This document shows, piece by piece, positions 34,991-48,700 of a DNA stretch of 64,000 nt; the first letter of the stretch is position 1; each line of letters starts with the position of its first letter. The stretch lies in NCBI GenBank assembly GCA_002633005.1, contig NMRA01000784.1, forward strand, positions 38,557 through 102,556, given 5' to 3'. Below the pieces are notes generated by a model that was not told where the DNA came from, searched no databases, and saw only the letters and a list, made by a program, of their open reading frames with translations. Both the position numbers and the translations under genes were made by a program. The stretch comes from Phoronis australis (Eukaryota > Animalia > Phoronida).

Positions 34991-37900
34991 GTGACCACAT
35001 GCATTCTTGTTGTAAAACCATTTTCATCATTGAATGATGAAAATACTACACTGATTTCTGGTCCCAGATTAGAAGTGTAGACATAAAGTGGGTCATCTCT
35101 GTGATGCGGAGTCCCAAAATCTAGTTTTAAGCTTCGTGGGTTAGGACCGCCCAGGTTACTACTAAATGAGATTATAGGCCTGGTTCATGACAACTGATGA
35201 ATATTATGTTTATAAACTGTAATCTGTATACTGGTGACATATTGGAGCTGTAAATTGGGTTTTAGTGAGTTGTCTAAACTAGCAGATAGATGCTTAATCG
35301 TCTAGCGGGTTTAGGTAACCAATTTTCTTTTTTCTGATATTGCTCAGGTTTGTTTTTTCTGAACAAGGTGATCCAAGCTTATAACCCATAAATCAAACAA
35401 TTTGTGATATGGTGTTACAATAACAATGTTGTTGCCTTTTTTAACAAATCATAGATAAATCAATTGAATGGATTTCGAATATCTGAAACTAATTGATTAA
35501 AAAAGCTTAAAAGTAATTTAGAAAACTTCTGTCTGGCAAGACTATTTTTCCAGTTACTTGTACACAAAATGCGATTTTCCAGTTTTGTAAACCCTGTTGG
35601 GAGAATTGACATGTATGGTGTAAACAGAGTCAACTTACTCAGAGACTAAAGTTGACTCTATTTAACGTATATATACCACGCCTTCACTGAGACTATGTGA
35701 AACCTTTTTTTCAATCGTAGATCATGTCATTGTCAATTGTGGGCTTTCCATAGAAGGTCTTTATTATGTGTGAGTGACCAGGGTTAAAATCATAGAATTG
35801 TCCCTGTTCATTTTCACTGGTAAATTTCTTGAAATTTGAGGAAACATTTTTGGCTTATTAGCCATTTTTCCGCTGTTCAATAGTTTACTATATTGCTAAC
35901 AATGTTTACTATTTCATCATTTGTTTGTTGATGACAGCTGTTAGTGTACCGTGTAAATCGTGCAAATAAGAAATTGAAGCTTTCTTCATTGTTTAATTTT
36001 ATTGAAGTTTTTCATCAAATAAAATTCAGTGTTTGACCATATTGTCTTCTAAATTGAAAAAAACTTTACATTGCACTCATGTTGTGTGGTATTTGATCGC
36101 AAGGCCAACCGTAGTACAGAACTTATGGAGAAGGCATTAATTTTGCACTACATTGCTTGCAATGGAAAAAAATGGAAAAATAAATGTAAAATGTTTTACT
36201 ATGCCGTGTAATAAATTTGACTTCACTGTAAACTGATTCTTATTTGGGTCTATTTTGTGTAACATGATGACCAATAAGTGATCATGCAGTGCCCGTTTCG
36301 CACGAAACAGTCCCCAATAAGGACTCAACCTAAAGTTCCCTAAATCTTTTGCGTATAAGTTTCATTCTTTACACACAGATGTACTATTTTTATATGATTT
36401 CATTTTTACGGTTAAAAGTGTTCATAATTCACCGTTGTCTTCTATGATGATAGGAAAATTGAGAGAAGTTACTAGAAGGCTGCTTATCTAAGTTAAAGTC
36501 TTCTATTAAATAAGTTCTGTTGTTTTTACTACTTTATCGTTGGTATGAGCTCCCCTCTTTGACCAATGACACATTCCAATAATGTAACTATAAAAATTGA
36601 GCTCTTAATTTACTCAAAACAATTAGGGACTTTAAATTAGGGCCTTGCATATTAAGATTCCTTATTTCCTGTACGAAGGATTCAGTATCAAAGCTAAAAA
36701 ATGACTTGGTAATGACACTCAGTCAGCATACGAAAGGATAATTGATGTTTTCAAAAACACACTAATACTCATTAGATTTAAGGAACTCCATCAGTTGAGT
36801 CCCTATTTGGGAGCGGTTTGCTGCTACTGGGGCACTGAGTTCTCATTCAGGAACCTGAGTACTCTAAGCTTCAAGATCCTCAGGGTCTAGCTGTTCTATG
36901 TACTTGACAAGTATTCACACTGTGGATGTGAGAGTAAAGTCTTGCGACTGACTGGTCTCAAACATTGGTGTTGTTGGTTACTAAGGCAAAGTACATGTTG
37001 GGTCAATATAGTTGATACATGGTTGAGTGGGCATTCTGGGTCCAACATAATCAGCCTATCCTTAATGCAGTTCCTGTTGTGAGGTAGATATCCCCAGAGT
37101 AAAGCTACGTTTACCACTAGGTGATTTTTTCATATGTTTATAGTACTATAATTATATCTAAAGCTATCCTACACTGCCATTGCACCTGTTCTATCTTTGG
37201 ATACTTGGTATTTGGTTTATTTGCATTTCCACCAAACAAGATGCTTATATTTACTTTCTGGTCTAGATCTATTGGCTGCTTCATGTCACATGATGTCTGC
37301 ATGTGTGTCATAGTTTGTTTAATCGTGTGACTTGTTTGCTTAAGTAAGCACACATGTGTAGGTGTTGTAAGTTGTTGCCAGGACTATGTTTCTATCAACT
37401 GTCACATCTTCAAGTAGAGGTGTTGCAAGACCCAGAAAAATTGTCGAAACAGCCCTAAATTCGGAGCATCATATCTCACAAATGGTAGATGTTCATGCAG
37501 TGATGTCATAAAACGAAAGCGAAACAATCTTATCTTGAACATATATCAAATAAAATTTGGCAATGTGTTTTGCACTGTATTCCAATACACTCTCAGGAAT
37601 TGAGGAATTATTTTTGAAGTGACCATTGATTTTTTATGAAAAACTCAAGTTGCAGCTTATAATTTTGTAAATTGTAATAAGGTTTGAGATTTTTTCTTGA
37701 AATTGACATTAATTAGCTATGATATTGTTGCGGTTGTTTTGTTTCAACTGAATGACCGCGTAACTTTTATACTAAGTTGTAATGTGTAGGCATGATATCC
37801 ATATGGCAGGCTGGTTGAACTACAAGTCTACAGCTAGGATTCGTATTTTCAGACAATATACAAATACTTTTGCGGAGTTAATTCCCATAAAAGTTTGTAG

Positions 37901-38343
37901 ACTAGCTGAATGCAGAGACTGGTCGATATGGTCTTTTGTAACCTTAAAGTGACTTTTTGATGACGTGTATGGAAGTGAAGGTCAATTAATGATTAAACTG
38001 TATGACAAGGTAATTAACATTGATTAACCAGCTATTATAAAGGAAGGTTGTACACTGAGCCTTGCGGGCTTGTCTGTGCATTTTGTAATCATATATACAA
38101 TAAACCATATGCCAACCTTTCAACAATACATTAGGGCTGTTACCTTTGACGCCAGTCATTTCTGATGCATGGTGCAAACCTCAAGTGTTCAAACAAAATT
38201 ACCCTATATTGCCCGTCATGACAACTGGGCACAAGGCAAGTTCATCGTCAAAGTTCAGTTCCGTCCAAGCTAATCTTACCCCGGATTCTGGATTTCTGTA
38301 CCCTAAATTATAGAGACTGTCCCAAACTGATGAAGTTTTACCT

Positions 38344-38409
38344 TTTAAGGGTAAGTCTGTATTTAGAAGGCACTTAAAACTGTCTTCTAAATATAGACTT
38401 ACCCTTAAA
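38344..38409. repeat. 29-bp inverted repeat (hairpin) with 8-nt loop
   Basis: tttaagggtaagtctgtatttagaaggca / tgtcttctaaatatagacttacccttaaa (27/29). Confidence 0.85.
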
Positions 38410-39096
38410 CAAGTTACTCCTGGAACGAGTTGTCGCTAGGTTTGGGTGTCGTCTGGACGCTTAAGCCACTTATGACAATTTACTCCTGATTATCGAGGTG
38501 AGGACTACACCTTGTTTTAAGGTAACTTGCACCACTCCTAATCACTGTGTGGCTGCAAAAGTGGGCTAGGGGCTAGAGTATAAGTAGTCAGCTGCAGTTA
38601 TATCACAGACAGTTTGCTTTCAATTTCAGACTCAAATGCTCATAAAGGCTGTAATTTTTCAAGTACATGGCTGAAAGTCACAGGCAGTACGATTATTTAA
38701 GCGAATGTACTACAAATCATTTGCATCCACTCAAAGATGGCGGAAATATCATCCATTGTCCTGAAATCATGCAAGGGCGCATTGCAGGACCAGTTGATTC
38801 GAAATTTTCCATGTGCTAGTTTCCTGTAGCTAGCTTTTATTGGGTGCTTCTTAACCAGACGTTGTTTTCAATATGGCGAATCTGACGCATTTTCATCAAT
38901 TTTCAATCGTGCCGGGGTGCCATTTTGAACAGGAAGAGGTAATGAGATGGATTTTTGTAATATGTGGGTTCTTTAAGACCTACCTAATTTTCAAATGAGG
39001 TCACTTAACTCTTTTCTCGTTTTTGAGTTATTTGACTTTCAATTTCAAATGTAAAATTTGAAAATTTTCAAAAAATGTGTGGACTGTTGTAAAACA

Positions 39097-39204
39097 TACC
39101 TTTTTATTACACAAGACTACGTTTAATTACCTTTTATTACACAAGATTAGGTTTAATTACCTTCTATTACACAGGACTTAATTACCTTCTATTACACAAG
39201 ACTA
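39097..39204. repeat. About 27-32-bp tandem repeat (tacctt.tattacacaagact..ttaat) x4, followed by degenerate (CAT)n at about 39258-39335
   Basis: Direct reading. Confidence 0.8.
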
Positions 39205-39757
39205 TATTTTTGGTCATTTCTAACATGTTCATTCGTCATATGATTGTTAGAATCATGTTCATCATCGCATTTACCATCATCATCGTCATCATAATCACTG
39301 TCATCATCATCTCCATTCTCGTCTTCTCCATCAATTTCGCATCCGTTTGTCCTCCTTCATATACGTGTAGGTATTTGGCGAAATATGCAGGCCGTTCAAT
39401 AAAGTCCTACATGCGTAACCTTATAATTCGATACTCGATGATCCGCTTCGAAAAGTTTTGTCTCCACATTACAGTACTTTAAAGGTGATATGTAACAGAT
39501 CTGTAATTTAGATCACTTATTGAGAAGTTAATTTGGGATCAACTAAGCTCCTTAACTTATTATTAGAAATAATTTTTTCACCGAAGTGAAAGTAAGTCAT
39601 TTTTTACAGAATTCGGAAACTTTGGTCAGTACTTCTAAGTTTTAATCTCATTTTCTGTAATTTGTTGAAGTGGTCTTCCATCTTATTGTAGAATTATGTT
39701 TTTTCAATTGCCACCCTGAATTTGTTTCTGTTCTTTGTCAGATCCTGAACTCCAAAA

Positions 39758-42700
39758 ATGGGATGTGGTGCGTCCAGTGCTGCACCAGTGGCCACAGCGC
39801 CAGATAAAAAGCCCTTGTTGGGACAACCCGCCTATGGACCTGGGGCTCCAAGTACCAAGCCCTATCTGGCATCGGCCCCAGTGGCAAAAAATGAATCTCC
39901 TAAAAGAGCGCCACCTGTTGCCGCTCCTTCGGCTCCAGTAGCCTCATTTGGTAACAAGACTGCAGATGGTGCATTTTGGTACCTGCACGATAAGTTCATC
40001 GACGACCCAAATGAGCTGGAACGAGTCTGGCTCGATGTATGCAGTCCGTGTTCTCGTGATGAAGAGAGACCAAAGTATGTGTTGGATAAGAGGGCTGGGT
40101 GGAGGACTGTCAGGATATTTGTGTCATCCACCTTCAAGGATTTCCACTCGGAAAGAGAAGTACTCGTCAAGGAGGTACGTCTCATCAACCATATACAAAA
40201 TGAATTTCACTTGCCAGACATATGAGCTAAATTGGTGCTGAGCCTTGTTATCTCTGCATGTATACAGGAGGCGGATCTAGGATTTTTTTAGTTTGAAGTG
40301 GGCCAAGGCAGAGTATTATACAGCATTTTACCCATCAGACGTTCACACCCCCAAACTGCCGAATGGAATTCAGGAAAATTTTAAGGAGGCCATCAGGCCG
40401 ATTGTCTCCCCCCCTGAATCCGCCACTGGTATGAGAAATTATTGTGAGTTCTTTTACTCTTTTTTGTAATTAAAGCATCTCTTTTAATTTTGTTTATTAT
40501 CAAACTTTCATATTTTTAAACCATTGGCTGGTGTTTTCTCAAATTCATCGTGTTCTACTCGCCTACCTTTAAAATGACTCTATTTCTTTAGGTGTTCCCG
40601 GATCTCCGCGACTGGTGTGAGAAGAGACAGCTCCACCTGGTGGACTGTGATTTACGCTGGGGTGTGCCCAAGGACTCGTCCTCGGAGCATACTATCAGAA
40701 CGTGCCTTGGAGAGATTGAACGCTGCAAGCATGACAACGTCATGCCATTTTTTCTGAACATGACAAGGTTGGTGAAGTATGATGCGAGATAGCTTTCATT
40801 CCACACACCATTCATTAGTAGGTCACCATTGGTCGGAAAATTGGACTTGTTGCCTGTTCAGACTATTTTAATGGCCTTAACTGCCAACACACTTTACAAA
40901 ATCTGTACTATAGTTTCTGTTTACTCAAAAAGTGATCCGTTTATTTAAGTACTTGTGATCTGTAGGATGCAGAGTGGCAAGACTCCTGGGATTGTGATGG
41001 TTTGAAGACTGAAAGGTTGCGTCACACCCTTGTCCCCTTTCTGGCTACCCCCTATCTATTCCATGTCTATAATTAATGTTTTTGACAATTCTTCTGGAAA
41101 GATTTTCTCCAGTGGGCAGATAGTTGCCACCAATTGAATTGAATTCACACTTCTCAGATACTTTGTTGATTGGAAACATCACCTGTTGGAAATTGTCTTG
41201 GGTCTATACCTAGTCTTTCGTCTATGGCATTGGCTTGCTTTCTCATTTTCCCCAATTGCACGAGAATGATATTGAATAGGCAACATTTTGACTGCACACA
41301 GATGCACCCCTTTACCTTCATGTGGAGGAGAGACCCCTGGTGACAGATTAACCAGTTATTGCGTGTTGTTTTCAGTGAAAGGATGGGCTGGATCCCACAA
41401 GAGCATGAGGTGCCGCGTAGTCTGGCGGAGGAGGTTCAGTGGGTGTTTGGCTTCTCTGTCACTGAGATGGAAATGGTGCACGCGGCCTTCAGACTGGACA
41501 ACTATAACTGTGAGTGTCCTAGTCGGACTTTGTCGGCATACTTAGGAAATGAATTAAAAGCTACCGTTAATCTACGTTTTGCCAAAAATTAAACTTTTGA
41601 TGAAGACCATACACCGCTATAGGTTTCAACCTTCTACTTATTCAGTTTAGAAGTGACTTTTTGACTTCCGAAAATATTCTATGAGACCACGCTCCATGCG
41701 TAAAGTGACATGTCCTGTCAAGCTCACTTGTTGAGCCTCATTTTGAGCCTCGTTTTGAGCAATAACACACAGTCAGTCTGTTCTTTCAAAGCTCTGAAAC
41801 CATTTCCATTTTGACTTAGGAAACTGTTCACGCCAATTTCATAAGGCGTACTCGACCAAAAGTTATTTTTGTGATAGAAAGCAGGTCTATAAGCACTTTA
41901 AACCCCATATCATAGAATTGTCCTGCTAGATTTTTCAACTGTTTAAGGCACTAGATGTGATGCCAAAAGTATCAATTTTAGCTTTCCCATTTCCAGCTTT
42001 GAGAATATTTTTTAGCTTTCCCATTGTGGTGGCCAATTCCAGTTGCGGCTTTGAGAGTATTTATTAAAATCAACAATTATATTTTAGACCCAAACTATGT
42101 GCTGCACATTTTCTATTGAAATAGTTCAAAAGTCCTCTTCAATTAAATTTATCCCATTTAAATTTTCTCCTTATACGTCCAACATAACCTTGATCAAGCT
42201 GGATTGGTCTTGTCACAGTGACTACTTCAACTGTTAGTTGTAGGAAGTACTACTCTCTTTAAGACTGTGTACAAGCATATGTCATCATTTTTCTTCTGTT
42301 TCAGCTCTGTTCCTCATCCGCAATGATGATTTCATCGGATCTATTCCTGATGATTATGTCAAAGACTTTGCTGCTGAGGACCACTTTGCCAAAGTCAAAA
42401 AAGAAATTCTACAGAAGAAAATCGTCGAGTCTTTTCCGGTAGGTGCATCTGGCATTTTCTGCAATTCCATCTGACTTTTGGCAGGGTTCACGCTGCTTGA
42501 ATTTTCAGAACTGCTATCGTCGTTACCAAGGAAACGTATAGCGGCCAGTTGTAACATGTTGTGTGCTAAAATGCTTTCCATTTTCAAAGGTTCCTTTCCT
42601 TTGCTTTGTGCACATTAGAGTTTCACTAGAAAGTTGTTACTTATTAGCTCTCTCCACTTGTGTCTGGTCCATGACCAAACTGCTGCATTCTGTGTGGACT

Positions 42701-45700
42701 AAGGGTCTAAATTTTTATCTACATGTAATCTTGAATTCTGAATAAGCCTTTTTAAAACCAGTTTTGACTGGTGTCTGTTCAAGTTGATGTCAAAAGGGCA
42801 TATGGGGCGCAATCATACTAGAACTGGCCTTCAGTGAAACAGCTGGCTGTAATCTTAAATCTTGTATGCATTCTCAGTTTTGGCAAAAAGCATTTGCTGT
42901 GAGAAAGTGGTTGTGTCTTGTGTCATACCTAACATTTTGCTTAGACATTGACCGTACACTCCTCAACGTATTCTAAACCCCTTGCCTTCCATGGGGTTTG
43001 GCTGGTCGTGGTCATTCTCTGTCTCAGTTGAGTTTCTTTGTATACCTTCATAAACTTAAGATTATCTGTATTGTCGCTGTTGACCTCCGTCTCTCTGTCC
43101 CTCTGCTAGGAGGAGCAAGTTCATCACTACGGCGCGTCCTATAATGGCATTGACAAAGTCCGTAACAAGGTTCGACTGAAGCCTGATGGGACGTTCAAGA
43201 CAAAGGTAAGCACATACAACTGTTGGCTGTTACACGGACGTCGGGATATAAAAAAATAGTTGTGGGGAGGGGCAGCTTGTTGTGAAGTTTGAATTACTTC
43301 TACTAACCCAAAATCAGTTTCTTGACTACAAAGGGTTCTAGGTTAGCATAGAGAAAGATGGTTGCTATGGTGATGTGTCTCCACATGCAACTCTCAGTAT
43401 ACACTCCAAGTGGAGTTAACTTAAACAAGATACAATGATAGGCTGGTTAATAACGCTTCTGTCGGTTAACATTGAAAAAGTCTGCCATGGGGCTAAGCAC
43501 CCTGGCCATCACTGCAGGAAGATTAGTATAGATTTTAAAAGTAGACTCCTTTAACGTTAGAAAAAGAAGTCGTTTAAAATATGTGCATCTGACCTTTGAC
43601 ACATTTTTCTTCTCTCATCTGGTACGTACTATAAACAATACATTGTGTTGTTCCGCCCACACTTAAGTATCTTAATTCTTACCTGAGTCAGATACACATT
43701 GAAACTTATGCAATAAGTGATCTAACTCTCAAGTATCAGCATTCGCAAGGCATTACATTCACGCTTGTACAGAATTGTGAGGTATTAGTCAAGTTTTAAG
43801 AATACTCATCAGAACATGCCTCCATGTTTGCATGTGATGCCTGTGTAACGCTTTCAAACTCATAAACGTCATAGGCTTCTGTCTGTTTGTAGGTATTTGA
43901 CTTCTTCAAGGAGAAGATTGACCGCCAGTATCCTGACATTAAAGCGAGTGACATTGACCCGTATATTTATGTGCGGCAGAGCCACGAAGGTTTCATGAAG
44001 GCAAAGTGTGAATGTATCTATGGACGGTCAGACATACTCGAGTCTGTGAGTTGGTTTCAAATTAATGTATAACAAATTGAGACGAATTTGTTTGTCATAC
44101 TGTTGCTAACCTATAACTGACTGTAATTTCTTTTGTCTATGTCGATGTATTCTTTCTTTTGCTATATTGTGCTGTGTCCATTAGACACAATTTTGATTTA
44201 AAGTCTTATTTTACCAAACGCCTTATTTCATTTATGGTAAAACATTTGATCTAAACTTTCACTGTTATGCCATAAGCAATTTCCTTACCTCTTTGTTATC
44301 AAACAAATTATAGCTATAGTACCCATTGTTGCTTGCATTTTTGTTGCGGTTTTGCTTGTATTAGTTGCATTTCTTTTGCTTTGACATTTGCTGGATTTGC
44401 GACCAAAAATTTAAGCCTAGAATCGACTGAAAATTTGACCAATCGCTTTGTGGATATTGAAAAAAATACTCAAAGCATGGCATGTGATTGTTCAGTATTT
44501 GAGTGGAGTTACAAGTTCACAGCTTGCTGGTCACATGCCCTGGTCTAATTTACTGTCATTGTAGTTATTATCATGGCGTATCGATACTGTTATTTTTGAT
44601 TTTAATGGTAACCATTAATTTCAATTGGAATTGTTTCTAATCAGTATCACAAAACTATTATTATCCTTCAGATCTCAGAATATGTGGAAGGTATTGGCAA
44701 TGACAAGCCCTTGATGATAATAGCCGGCCCAGGCTCAGGAAAGACCAGTGTAATGTGTAAGGCAGCGGACGACACTGAGGCTAAAACACGCGCTGGTGGC
44801 ATATCTGGGTGAGTCGACTTGCGTGCTGATTGTGAGGTACATCACTCGGCACTGCCTGTCTGTTGGTGAAGTTAGCGTATCACATGATGCTGTTTTGGCA
44901 CCGTGATTTAAAAGGTTAACCTAGAACAGGAATAACTCCAAATTTTTGACAAATTTTGTTGATTGAAGTTGCAGCAGAAGTCTATAGGGTTACTAAATCT
45001 TAATCATTTGAAAATCAACTGAAAATATTTTATTTAAAATTCCGCCATCTTAGTGTTGCTTAAGATTGAAATAAAAATGGTGAATACATTATAGAAGATG
45101 ACCTGCCAAATTAACATATTGTTGCTTATTACATTATAGAACATTATGCTGAACGCATAACATTGTTTACGATTATTAATTTTTAATGATACTTGCGAGC
45201 TCTCTATCTTTGATAGTCATTCGCGGCGCAACAATAAAGCAGACGGCCAAGAGACATAAGAAAACTAATGATTGAAATGACGGCTATATTTCGAGGCTGT
45301 CTTTGTCTCATCATTACGTAAAAATATAATCCCACAGAGTTACAAGAATATATTCGACAAAGGGTCGTGACCCACTCAGCCACAAACCTATAGCATACAT
45401 TGCTGAATTACACACAAACTAGGAAAACATGGTCAGCATGTGGCTTCCTCCATGTTCTGCTCATTTAACACGGGCTTTTTAACTCAGTGTGTTAAATTAA
45501 TGGCCTATTTGTTTTGTTATTCCCTGTGGGGTGCTCCGTCACTGCACTGGGGCTGCATGATGTTATACGTGACACACAATTCCATTTTTTACAGTGGTGG
45601 TCCTGAAGGCTGGTCTGTGTTCTACCACTATGTCGGAGCTGTCCCCGGTTCTGTGGAGGTGGAGCCTATGTTAAAACGTCTGCTGAAGGAGCTCAACGTC

Positions 45701-48700
45701 TGCACTGTAAGTGAACTGCACAACACATTCCCCCAATTCGTGCACGCTTCCCCCCTCTGTTGGTCCTTTTAGGTAATCATTACAATGTAATGTCAGTTTC
45801 ATCGAGAGTGTTTGGTGGTGGCTGTTAAGGAAAACTTGAACATGAAATTTATTTAATTTTGTGCTTCGTGGAAAAATGGCAAAAGAAAAGTTCGCTAGTA
45901 CACCAGTCATTGCATTGCATTCTTTACCTTATTTCTTGTGATAATTAAAACTCAATTTCACCCTGTTTAGCTAGTAGTTATATTTACTAGGGCCTTTTAC
46001 ACCGATATAATTGGTCTCGTAAATATTCCTTGCCAATTCAAGTCACAGGCAGTGTGAATTTCACAGGTTCAGGATCGGCCAATCCATTAAAATCCGGATC
46101 CTTTTCTTGAGCTTCTGACGGTTTCAATGTTCCTTTTGGTGTTAAAAATGAAATCGTATCAGAGCAAGGACTATCATGACACCATCGTTACGAGAGTAAT
46201 GGCATACATTGATTTTTTGTTTTTTAGCCAGTTAATCGTAATGAAATGCAGCTGTAAGTAATATTTGCAATTTCAGGATGACACCATGCCAACTGATCTC
46301 GTGGCAACAAAACAACTTGTCTTCAGCATTCTGTCGAGTACCAATTCCAAACCAATAATCCTTTTCATTGATGCTCTGAATCAGGTAAATGAGTTGTTAT
46401 ATCACCGTGCGTGTAGATTCAAGGCTCTGAATCTGGTAAACTATAGTAACTTGTTGGTAAATGAAATGATCATGTTCATTGATGCATAAACGTGGAAGTG
46501 ATGTTGTTCAAACTACATGTCATTGATCACGTGAATCTTACTAAAAAGGGCTCTGAATCTGGTGAATGATCAAATGGTATCGTCTAGCTGTTGACCATTT
46601 CATGCTCTTAAGAAGGCATCCAAGAGTTATGTCCCATGCCTTTGCTATGTGGTTATAGTGCTGTAGTCAAATAATATTCATCATGGTAGTCATCAACAGA
46701 GTCACCATTGGTTTTGTCTTTTTTCTGTTTCATAACACGATTTTTCGGTGATGTTTTTGTCATTCATCGTCGTTAACATGGCTTTATTATTGAATTAAAT
46801 GCTGTTTACGAATTCCTCATCTTTGACATGGCGTAACTATTGATTCAGANAAATTAATGTATAACAAATTGAGACGAATTTGTTTGTCATACTGTTGCTA
46901 ACCTATAACTGTCTGTAATTTCTTTTGTCCATCTCGGTGTATTCTTTCTTTTGCTATATTGTGCTGTGTCCATCAGACAAAATTTTGATTTAAAGTCTTA
47001 TTTTACCAATGAAATGCCTTATTTCATTTATGATACAACATTTGATCTAAACTTTCATTGTTATGCCATAAGCAATTTCCTTACCTCTTTGTTATCTAAC
47101 AAGTTAGTATCTTTTGTTGCTTGCATTTTTGTTGTGGTTTTGCTTGTATTAGTTGCATTTCTTTTGCTACATTTGCTGGATTTGCGACCAAAAATTTAAG
47201 CCTAGACTCTACTGAAAATTTGACCAATCGCTTTGTGGATATTGAAAAAAATACTCAAAGCATGGCATGTGATTGGTCAGTATTTGAGTGGAGATCCAAG
47301 TTCACAGCTTGCTGGTCACAGGACCTGATCTAATTAACTGTCATTGTTGTTGTTATCATGGCATATCGATACTGTTATAATGGTAACCATTAATTTAATA
47401 TCTTTTCAATTGGAGTTGTTGCTAATCGGTATCACAAAACTATTATTATCCTTCAGATCTCAGAATATGTGGAAGGTATTGGCAATGACAAGCCCTTGAT
47501 GATAATAGCCGGCCCAGGCTCAGGAAAGACCAGTGTAATGTGTAAGGCAGCGGACGACACCGAGGCTAAAACACGCACTGGTGACATATCTGGGTGAGTT
47601 GACTTGCGTGCTTATTGTGAGGTAGTACATCACTCGGCACTGCCTGTCTGTTGGTGAAGTTAGCCTTAATTAGTATGCGTATCACATGATGATGTTTTGG
47701 CACTGTCTGTTCAAGTCTGTTCAATTGATGGCATATGTGCTTTGTTATTCTCTGTGGGGTGCTCTGTCACTGCACTGGGGCTGCATGACGCTATACGTGA
47801 CACACAATTCCATTTTTTACAGTGGTGGTCCTGAAGGCTTGTCTGTGTTCCACCACTATGTCGGAGCTATCCCCGGCTCTGTGGAGGTGGAGCCTATGTT
47901 GAAACGTCTGCTGAAGGAGCTCAACGTCTGCACTGTAAGTGAACTGCACAACACATCCCCCCAATTCGTGCATGCTTCCCCCCTCTGTTGGTCCTTTTAG
48001 GTAATCATTTCTAAATGTCAGTTTCGTGGAGAGTGTTTGCCAAAAATACCATTTTTTCATTTTTCATGGGCGTCTAACATTTCGATAGCCTACAGTTTGG
48101 TGGTGGCCGTTAAAGAAAACTTGAACATGAAATTTATTTAATTTTGTGCTACGTACATCTCATGGAAAAATGGCAAAAGAAAAGTTCGCTAATACACCAG
48201 TCATTGCATTGCATTCTTTACCTTATTTCTTGTGATAATTAAAACTCAATTTCACCCTGTTTAGCTAGTAATTATATTACTAGGGCCTTTTACACCGATA
48301 TAATTGGTCTCGTAAATATTCCTCGCCGTATTTATTTCAATCTGTAACCAATTCAAGTCACAGGCATTGTGCATTTCACAGTTTTAGGATCAGCCAATCC
48401 AATAAAATCCGGATCCTTTTCTTGAGCTTCTGACGGTTTCAATGTTCCTTTTGGTGTTGCAAAATGAAATCTTATCAGAGCAAGGACTATCATGACACCA
48501 TCTTTATGAGAGTAATGGCATACATTGATTTTCGTTTTTAGCCAGTTAATCGTAATGAAATGCAGCTGTAAGTAATATTTGCAATTTCAGGATGACACCA
48601 TGCCAACTGATCTCGTGGCAACAAAACAACTTGTCTTCAGCATTCTGTCGAGTACCAATTCCTAACCAATAATCCTTTTCATTGATGCTCTGAATCAGGT

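Noticed and set aside
41553-41900. Kolobok-like MITE
   Set aside because: TTAA ends and a weak IR are visible but too degenerate to support by eye.
48663-48665. Selenocysteine or programmed readthrough at the internal stop
   Set aside because: The codon is TAA, not TGA, and the other copy has AAA.
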